Positions 54,282-64,000 of a DNA stretch of 64,000 bases are shown in pieces. The position numbers and the translations under genes were made by a program. Numbering within the stretch: position 1 is the first letter of the stretch; every line of letters starts with the position of its first letter. Under the pieces are notes generated by a model. The model made no database searches. It was not told where the DNA came from and saw only the letters and a program-made list of their open reading frames with translations. The DNA comes from Eimeria praecox (Eukaryota): the NCBI GenBank assembly GCA_963920595.1, contig OY986946.1:8308001-8372000 (forward strand). Reading direction: 5' to 3'.

Positions 54282-54446
54282 AGCAGCAGCAGCAGCAGCA
54301 GACTTTCAGCATCTCACATCCCGCCTGTAGGCTCTCTGTTCTTCTTCTTGTATTTTCTCTCTCTTTGTATTATGTTTATTATTTAATATATATATTTTAA
54401 GACATTACTACAAACTTCTACGTGCTGCTGACTGCTGCTAGGGAGG

Positions 54447-54454
54447 ATGCAGCT

Positions 54455-54490
<36 letters not shown>

Positions 54491-54809
54491 ACAGCAGCAA
54501 CAGGAAGACAAGCAGCACGCGTCCGCCTACTACGTGGAAGCACAGCCAGCTGCTGCTGCTGCTGCTGCAGCAAATGCAGCAGCAGACAGCAGCAGCCTTA
54601 GGGCTGCCCTGACTCTGCGAAGACAGCTGAAGGAGGCAGCAGCAGCAACAACAACAACAACAACAACAACAACAACCAGCAGCAGCAGCAGCAGCAGGAG
54701 GAGCAGCAGGAGGAGCAGCAGCACCGACAGCAACAACAGCTGCAGTTGCAGCCGCAGCAGCACAGCAGCAGATTTGTCTTTGTCTGGCTTCTATCCTTCT
54801 CCTCGACAT

Positions 54810-54860
<51 letters not shown>

Positions 54861-55314
54861 AGCAGCAATGACTGCAGCAGCAAATGTAGCAGCAACAGCA
54901 GCAGCGACTGCCGCAGCAACTGCATCAGTACCATCAGCCGTAGCAACACCTGCAGCAGCAGCAGCTGCTCCAGCAGCAGCAGCAGGCAGTTGCAGCAGCA
55001 AAGCTGGTGGTGTAAGGGTGGGGTTGTTCTGCTGCTGCAGCGTTTCTGTCTCTTGCTGCTGCTCTCTGTCTTCTTTTGCTGCTCTTTATCTGCTGCTGTC
55101 TTCCGGTTGCTGCTGCAGTGGGGCTATGCCGTTGTGCGTAGCCGCCGGCGGCGGCAGCAGCAGCAGCAGCAACAACTAACTGCTGCTGCTAGCGGCACTG
55201 CAGCAGCAACAGCAGCAGCAACAGCAGCACCAGCTGCTGCTGCTGCTGCTCCGCCACATTTGGTAATAGTATTTAATAGCGATGAACTGATGGTGTTGAT
55301 GGAAGCTGAGGCGC

Positions 55315-55345
<31 letters not shown>

Positions 55346-55598
55346 AGCAAAAGGAGGCACAGCAGCAGCAGCAGGAGCAGCAGCAGCAACAGGAGCAGCA
55401 GCAACAGGAGCAGCAGCAGCAGAGACTAGCGCATGCGTGCGGGAGCTGCTGCTGCCTGCAGCAGCAGCTGCTTTCTTAGGGGGTCTGCAGCACTTAACCT
55501 TCTGTGATGGCCCTGGTGTATGTCTGCTGCAGCAGCACAGGCAGCAGCTAGTGCTGCTGCTGCAGCAACTAGGTTTAGAGGCTTATGAAGCATCACCG

Positions 55599-55636
<38 letters not shown>

Positions 55637-55742
55637 GCAGCACACTCGACTTCCTGTTCCCGGCCCGCTGTTGCTGCATTCTCCCGCCACGATTTGCGTC
55701 CGACGCCAGCAGCAGCAGCAGCAACAACAGCAGCAGCAGCAA

Positions 55743-55774
<32 letters not shown>

Positions 55775-55881
55775 GCAGCAAGATAGCTGCGATGATGAGC
55801 TACATGTGCGTATCTTGTGTGGCTGCAGCTGTCTCCCTGAGCTTCTTAACTTATATGCAGCAAACCAGCTGCAGGCCTCCT

Positions 55882-55916
<35 letters not shown>

Positions 55917-56278
55917 GGCTGCAGCAGCAGCAGCAGGAGCAGCAGCAGCAACGGCTGCAGCAGCAGCAACGGCTGCAGCAGCAGCAGCAGCAGCAGCGCT
56001 TCTCAGTGCAGTACGGAAGGCTGCTGCTGTTGCAGCAGACAGCCATGCAGCAGCAGCAGCAACAGCAGCAGCAACAGCAGCAGCAACAGCAGCAGCAGCA
56101 ACAGCAGCAGCAGACACAGCACTGAAGACAGTCTTAATATTCAGCAGCAGACAAACCTCATGAGCAGCGTCTGCTGCAGCAAGGCATCCCAGACACCGCA
56201 GCAGCAGCAACAGCAGCAGCAACAGCAGCAGGCTGCTGCTGTTGCTGCTGCAGCCCAGATACACAACAACAATAACAA

Positions 56279-56310
<32 letters not shown>

Positions 56311-56311
56311 A

Positions 56312-56343
<32 letters not shown>

Positions 56344-56767
56344 GTCGATACACGCTCCCCACAGAAGATATTATAAGTGCTGCTGCGGTGTATAGGCAGC
56401 TCTCTTCTAGCTGTGGGTTTCCTCCCCCTCGCTGTTTGCTGCGGCTCGATGTGCCGCTGCTGCTGCTGCTGCGTGCTGTTGCTGCTGCTGCTGCAGCAGC
56501 AGCAGCAGCGGTTGCTGCTGCTGCAGCACAAGCTGTGTGGGGTGTATGGAGAGTTTCTAATTATAAGAAGCAGCAGCAGCAGCGAGTCGCTGCTGCTACT
56601 GTCTATCAGCTGCTGCAGCAGTTGCTGTTGCTGCTGCAGCTGCTGCTGCCAGCCTTGCTGCGGCGGCTGCAGGAGGAGCTGTCTCCTTTCAAGTGTATGT
56701 CTCCTTTCTCTGTATGTAGCGTCCCGCCGCTGCTGCTGGCAGAGGCAGAGCTGTTTGGTGGTCGTGT

Positions 56768-56809
<42 letters not shown>

Positions 56810-56963
56810 GAAGCAGTGGGCCTACCGGTCGCCCAGCCTGCTGCTGCAACAGCAGCAGCAGCAGCTGCTGCTGCAGCAGCAGCAGCAAACTGCACATGCA
56901 GCCGTTAAGGTCTTAGAAACCCTAGAAGCTTTCACAGGGAGGCACCTTAGGCTAGGGCGATAG
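54447..56963 (+). CDS. Probable NUS1/Nogo-B receptor-like subunit of cis-prenyltransferase (dehydrodolichyl diphosphate synthase complex)
   Basis: With homopolymer tracts removed there is an N-terminal TM segment, then PPHLVIVF, GLQHLTFCDGPG, LHVRIL, LSSSCGFPPPRCLLRL, VPPLLLAEAELF and C-terminal LEAFTGRHLRLGR*. These are collinear with NUS1 motifs as recalled (PxHxxxV, GIxxISxYDxxG, PDPDLxL, FxPWxIRLTEI, terminal RLGK). Assigned by eye, not by search. Confidence 0.65.
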
Positions 56964-57433
56964 CAGCAGCAGCAGCAGCAGCAGCTGCTGCTGCTGCTGC
57001 TGCTGCTGTTGCTGCTGCTGTGGCTGCTGTGGCTGTAGCTGCAGCGAGCGGAAAGGAGACAGCTGCTACTCATACAGGAGGTATATGTTTGCTTCAGGTG
57101 TATAGGCAGGTCTGTCCCCTGTCTCCTGTCTCCTCCTGTCTCCTCCTGTCTCCTACGACAGCAGCAAACAACAAATATTTGTTTTTATTTGAATAGTTAT
57201 ACAAACGTAATCAAGGTGTATAGACACCTCCTGCAGCAGCAGATGCTGCTGCTGCAGCAGCAGCAGTAGTGCAGCCAAATGTCTGCACGAACAGAGCAAC
57301 TGGAGCAGCAGCAGCAGCAGCAGCACTTGCTGCTGCTGCTCTGCTGCTACGGCAGCAGAACGGTATGCGCGTGCTATCTCGTTGCTCGCGTTGTTTCTGC
57401 TGCTTTTGCTGCTGCAATTAATTGCTGGTGCTG

Positions 57434-57471
57434 CTAGCTGCTGTTCTTGCTGCTGCTGCTGCTGTTACCAC

Positions 57472-57511
<40 letters not shown>

Positions 57512-57607
57512 TTTGTTGGCTCTCTGATGTATGACAGCAAGATCTTGCTGCAATCGCCAGTGTCCTGCCCATCCGTCTTTTCTTAGATCTAAGAACGATA
57601 AGACAGG

Positions 57608-57644
<37 letters not shown>

Positions 57645-57800
57645 CTTGCTGCTGGTGTTGTTGCTGATGGTGGTGTTGCTGCTGCTCCTTCGGATGGAGG
57701 AGAGGAGGAGACACCTGCTGCTGCAGATGCAGCAGCAGCAGAAACTGCTGCTGCCTTCAGCTGCTCTATAGCAAACATCTCGTCGTCTGTCTGTATGCAA

Positions 57801-57838
<38 letters not shown>

Positions 57839-58049
57839 GCAACAACGCACATGCAAGCGCTATTTTCTGCTGCTCCTTTCCCTGCTGCTGCTGCTGCTGT
57901 TGCTGCTGCTGCAGCAGCAGCAGCAGCAGCTAGGTGAGGCATGCACAGAAGTTAAACAATACGAAGAAAGGAGACAGAAGGAGACAGGAGGAGACAGACA
58001 GCAGCAGAGGAAGCACACAGCAACAAAATTTGAACGTAGCCGCAAATAA

Positions 58050-58084
<35 letters not shown>

Positions 58085-58089
58085 ACAAA

Positions 58090-58152
<63 letters not shown>

Positions 58153-58433
58153 ATGATAAAGGAGAGACAGATAAGAAGGGAGAGGAGACACATAACAAAC
58201 AAAAGGAGACAGCTGAATCAGACAGATACAAGCAGAGGAGAGCAGCAGCAGCAGCAGCCGCAGCCGCAGCAGCAGCAGCAGCAGCAGCAGCCGCAGCAGC
58301 AGCAGCAGCCGCAGCAGCAGAAGACAGGACGAAAAGAGCAGCAAGAAGAGAAAGACAGCAGGCACGATGTAGACAGAGAAGAAGAAGACAGCCACAGAAA
58401 GAAGAAGGAGCCTCATACAACTACTGTTGCTGC

Positions 58434-58492
<59 letters not shown>

Positions 58493-58658
58493 TTACCTGT
58501 CGTATATACTGCAGCAGCAGCAGCGGAGGCAGCAGGGGCCACAGTGTGCGGCTGAGTGTGCCTGTCTTAATAACAGCAGCAACAAACGAAGGAGACAAAT
58601 TTCTATACTTGAAGCTAAACGCGAGGGCTCTCAGTTGCTGCATCCAGCTGCGTCTTGC

Positions 58659-58696
<38 letters not shown>

Positions 58697-58778
58697 CAGC
58701 AGCAGCAGCAGCAGCAGGGCCAGAAGTTCTGCTCGAGGCAGAACCCAACACACCACCTGAACCACCTGCTCCAGCCAT
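57434..58778 (-). CDS. Small two-exon hypothetical protein (exons 58778-58497 and 57790-57434), possibly with one TM segment
   Basis: aagATGg start. A GT-AG intron joins ...TLWPLLPPLLLLQYIRQ|TDDEMFAIEQLK...FLDLRKDGWAGHWRLQQDLAVIHQRAN in frame. The protein-like core is interrupted only by poly-A tracts. Confidence 0.6.
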
Positions 58779-58795
58779 CTTCCTGCTGCTGCTGT

Positions 58796-58833
<38 letters not shown>

Positions 58834-58974
58834 AGGCTATCTGCTGCAGCAGCTGCTGCTGCTGCGGCTGTTGTTGCTGCTGTTGCAGGAGGTTTTTGAA
58901 GGATAGACAAATGAAAATGAGTCTTCTTGTGTTATTGCTGCTATTTTTGCTGCTGTTGCTGCTGCTGCTGCTGT

Positions 58975-59006
<32 letters not shown>

Positions 59007-59499
59007 CATCCAGCCGCATGCAGCCCCTAGCTATACTTGTTGCTTCGATGTTGTCTATTCTCTCTATCAAATTATAAATAAAAAAATAAATAATAAAATA
59101 AATTTAATTTGATATAAACACTAAGTTTAGAATCTCCAAGGATTAGAGCTTAGGGTTTAAGGATATAGGGTTTAGGGTTTATAGGGTTTAGGGTTTAGGG
59201 TTTAGGGTTTAGGGTTTAGGGTCTAGCTATCCTTATTATCTATCTTCCTGCTTCTCTGTCAAGGCTCGTGTGTCTGCTGCTGCTGCTGTTGCAGCAGCTG
59301 CTGCCTATGCTTCTCCTTGCTCGCAGACTAACAACTCATATAAATAATAAATAAATAATAAAAAGAATAAATCTGATGCATGCATGCATCAACATGGGGC
59401 TTGGGGCTTGATATTGCTAGCGTGCGGGTCTCCTCCCTGCAGCAGCAGCAGCAGCAGCAGCAGGAAGCAGCGCAGCAGCTCGCTGATACGACAGGTGCT

Positions 59500-59543
<44 letters not shown>

Positions 59544-62194
59544 ATCATCATCAGCTGCAGCAACATTAGATTGGAGACAGGAGGAGACAGTACACTCGAA
59601 TTCCTGTTAGATTAATTTCTTCTAACTTTTTTTTTCTAACACAACACAAAATATTTCTTCTGTTTGATATTTCTTTCTTAGATATTTCAAATCTGCTGCT
59701 AAGATAGAAGGCTGTCGATACACCTCGGAGCACTGTATGATTACGAGAACAAACTAAAAACACAAAATCTATCTGCTTCTCTCCTCCCCTTCCCCCTCCC
59801 CCCTCCCCCGCATCTAAGCTACTCGGTTATAGAATATCTGCTTCTTTGTAGGTGTGTCTTTATATTATTTTTATTATTTATTATTTATCTAAGGGAAGTA
59901 TCTTAGCCCTGATCTAGATATGTATAAACCCTAACAACATCGTGAATCCCCTGCTAGACGACGATAGGATAATACGTTTGCTGAGAAGTCGGTGGGGGGA
60001 GAAGGAGACAGCTATAAATTTGAGAAGGCTTTGAGAAAGTAAGTTATTTATAGAGCGCCACAGAGATAAATATCTGTCTCCAATTAACAGTAGATGAATG
60101 CCAAACTCGCAGCTTCTATATAAAGTAGCTCATAGGAACAGGATTGTCTCCTGAAAGGAGACAGCATGAAGATGGATGGGTCTTAGAGTGTAGGAGAAAG
60201 ACAAGAAGTATATATTGCTGAGTTGATAGAGAGTTGATAGAGAGTATTTTAGAGACAAAGAAAGAAGAAGACAAAGCATCTACAGCTCCAGAAAAGCAAG
60301 AAGAAATATATTTGTGAGATATTTCTCGTATAATTAAAATATCTTAAAGATACAAATATCAACCCTCATTAGAAAAAAAATAAAAGGAGACAGAAGACAG
60401 CACTTCAAAAATTTAGGATGTAGTATGTTTGGGGGTGAGGACGTATGAAGCAGCGTATCCTCTTCTTCTGTAATAAACAAAGCAACACATTTCGAGATGT
60501 AGACTAGCGAAAGGAGATAAGGGGAGAGAGGAGAAGTCCTTTGACATCATTCAAAGAAAGTGATGAGCGTGATCAGAAGAAGAGGAGACAATTTGCAGAG
60601 AGACAGTGGAGACAAAGGAGGTGAGAGAGACACCCGCAGATCTGTATCACCCTAAAACCTAAACCCTAAACCCTAAGCCCTCAAAAGAATGATTAGTCAA
60701 GTTCGAATGCGTACGTACGAGTTTGTATCAATGGTGAGAATTGAAATCAGCTAGTTGACGCTAAGTTTAAAGTAGATTTGATATCTGAAGCTACTGCGAA
60801 GGACCTCACTAACTAAGCGAAGTCTCTGAGACCGCACCCTCCCTAAACCCTAGGGTTTAGGGTTTAGGGTTTAGGGTTTAAGATCTTTACGGTTTAGGGT
60901 TTAGAGAAAAGAAGATAGTCAAAATTAACGGTGAAGAGTGCTGCTTTAGTTGAGTGGTTGATACGATGATAGAGGGCTTCGGATTCGATGCTGAGGGGTA
61001 GGAATCCTAGGCATGCATAGGATAGGCGAGGGGCTGGGGCGCATGCATCCTGCAGCAGATATACAGTTGAAGTTTACCTGTGGGGTAGCAGCACGAGAGG
61101 TGTACTTTTGTTTCTTTTAAGAGTATTTACATCCTTATAATTAGGAGGAGACAAATAGTTGTTTTGAGGAGACAGTAGCGAATATGCTTCGGTGTAAAGC
61201 CGAAGCTCTGTCTGAAACGAAGGAGAAATGCATGCACAGCATCGTCACGGCCATACAGAGGCCTCTCATTAAAAATATTTTATCTAATTAACACCCGAAG
61301 AAGAAAGGAAAGTTTGAGAAGAGAAGATTACATGGTTGAAGAAAGAGACCTCTCATACGTCCTCAGCAAAAAGAGACTTCTACCTAAAGGAGACAAATTG
61401 CTAAGAAAACGCAAAGTTCACTCGTTTGGAGACAGTTGGGTGTTGGCCTGGGGAGAGACAGGAGGAGACACTTGCCAGCTAGCTAGCTGGCTAGTAGCTG
61501 GCTAGCTAGCTGGCTAGCTAGCTGGCTAGCTAGCTGGCTAGCTAGCTGGGAGGCCTCGAAGGGCTCAGGCTGTCTCCCCATCCCTTCTGGCCCTGCAGCG
61601 CCTTCAGTTTCCTGCCAGTGTTGCTTCATTGTGATCTTGCTGATGGTCTTCACTTCAAATCCCTTATCTAAGATCTGAACGATTGTTTGAAATGTTTATC
61701 TGTCTCTTTATATCTCGAATTGCTTGATATACTTTCCGTCGATGTCTCTGTCTCTTTTTAAAGAGAGGAAGAGACAGACACAACTGTCTCCATTTAACCC
61801 TCGGAAGCTAGAGTGTACAACACCATCCTACCCCACATATCAAACAGTAGCTACAGCTGCTGCTGCCGCAGAAGAGCGCTCGTGGTTTGTTTAATTTATT
61901 TAAATTAAAAATAATAAAGAATATATTGAAGATAGATGAAGTGTTAGTGTTAACTTGAAATATATAATAGAAGCAGCAGAGACACCTAAAGGGAATGGCG
62001 TTTGAATCTGCTGCATGCATGCATCGATAGCTGTTAAGATAAACAAAGATAATATACTTTTTTATTTTTTTGTAGAATGCATGCATTAAGATACTCAACT
62101 CTTCAACACCTCAGAATTGTCTTCGCCAAATATCGAAGACGTTCTCTTTCATGCTGCTTCTCGCATATCTAATTACTCAAACGCCATATACAGT

Positions 62195-62239
<45 letters not shown>

Positions 62240-62471
62240 GTACATATATAAGCAGCTGCAGCTAAGTTTACTGCAGCCCCTCAGCCACTCAGAGGCCTCT
62301 CTGAGGGTCTCTATCATTTTTTTATAGAAATGTTTCTTCTAGTATTTGACTGCCTTCGCCATTAACGAAGATACTACACTTAGATGAAGAGAGTGTAAGT
62401 ACACTTACAATTACAACTACACCGTATGTATAGGATGTCGATACATATACTTGTCTGTGATTCTCTTTATC

Positions 62472-62517
<46 letters not shown>

Positions 62518-62526
62518 TATATATAG

Positions 62527-62586
<60 letters not shown>

Positions 62587-63152
62587 GCAGACAGATATAG
62601 ATATAACTTTAGGTGTAGACATAGGCGTAGCTGTAGATATACAGATAAGAGTTATATGCATATATATATATATATATATATACAGAGAGAGATGGACAGA
62701 CAGATAGACAAATAGACATATATATAGATAATATAGATCTATAGGTATAAAGATATTATATATATATATATATATATATAATAAACATAAAAATAGATAT
62801 AGAGGTAGAAATAGATATAGATAATGGATATAGAGACAGATGTACGCTCGTTCTAATATTATTTTTAAGTATTATCTTAAGTTCTAATATAATTATTAAA
62901 TATATTTAATTAATATAATCGATGACAGCAGCTTCAACACTCTCTTCATCTTTCTGGTGTATAGACACCTAAGGCGAAGGACATGAGGATGAAGAAGGAG
63001 ACAGAAGATAGCAGCAACTGCTGCTAGCTACAAAGGAGCTAGCTGCAGCATTCTTTGCTGCAGCAGCTGCTGGTATTACAGCAGCAGCAACAGCAGCAAC
63101 AGCAGCAACAGCAGCAGCAGCACCACCACCACCACCAGCAGCAAGACAGCCC

Positions 63153-63210
<58 letters not shown>

Positions 63211-63400
63211 TTTCTGTGAGTCTGTTTTATTATACTATTTGTTATTATTAAACTATCTGTCGTTTACGCTGCAGCGCCGCAGATTGCATGCAAACAGCAG
63301 CAAATAAATAATAAATAAATAGAGGAAAGAATATATATACAAGTTTATTGGTGCAGTGAGATAGTTGGAGGGTATGGTGGCTCGAGTTGATGGTATCGGA

Positions 63401-63462
<62 letters not shown>

Positions 63463-63791
63463 TGCTAGGGTCTTCGAGTGTTTATCTGTGTTTGTAAAAA
63501 AGAAACAAATACAAAATCCATTCAATAAAATAAACTTAGGGTTTAGGGTTTAGGGTTTAGGGTTTAGGGTTTAGGGTTTAGGGTTTAGGGTTTAGGGTTT
63601 AGGGTTTAGGGCTTGGGACGACAGTAGGGTGTGTCTGAGCGACCCCACCGCTGGTAGGGGGATTGTCTGGGGTTTGCTGCAGCAGAGGAGGAGGTGCTGC
63701 TGCTGTTCTGTGTTTAGTGTATATATATTCTGTCTCTCTCATTGTTATTATAAATATAGAAGCTGTTGCTGCTGCAGGGATTATAGAGAAA

Positions 63792-63828
<37 letters not shown>

Positions 63829-64000
63829 AGCAGCAGGGCCCCCTCCTACATACTTGTTGCTACGTTTGAGTGCATTGTATATTTGACTCCTTTATATATT
63901 CTGTCTTTATTATATTTATTTATATTGCTTTTAAATAGCTGTCTTGAGCTGTATACGCAGCTTTCTTCTTCTTCCTCCCCTCCTGCTCCTGCTGCTGCTG

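Overview
Eukaryotic, intron-rich genomic DNA. Dense CAG/CTG tracts, interstitial AAACCCT/AGGGTTT heptamer arrays and TGCATGCA clusters point to a coccidian apicomplexan, most likely Eimeria (inferred from repeat signature and gene content). Genes reconstructed by hand-splicing: the 3' part of an SNF1/AMPK alpha kinase (+); a single-ORF, probably apicoplast-targeted porphobilinogen deaminase (-); a ~21 kb multi-exon starch/amylopectin synthase with a degenerate GH13-like domain, a GT5 domain and a C-terminal CBM48 (+); a divergent poly-Q protein kinase (+); a coiled-coil hypothetical (-); a TMBIM/Bax-inhibitor-1 family gene (-); a probable NUS1/NgBR cis-prenyltransferase subunit (+); and a small two-exon hypothetical (-). 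Most short ORFs in the track are off-frame readings of microsatellites. Notable structure: many introns are near-constant in length (~215-270 nt) and bracketed by inverted telomere-like arrays; exon edges are repeatedly duplicated in tandem; one gene has at least four GC-AG introns; and both 200-N gaps have overlapping flanks and look artificial.
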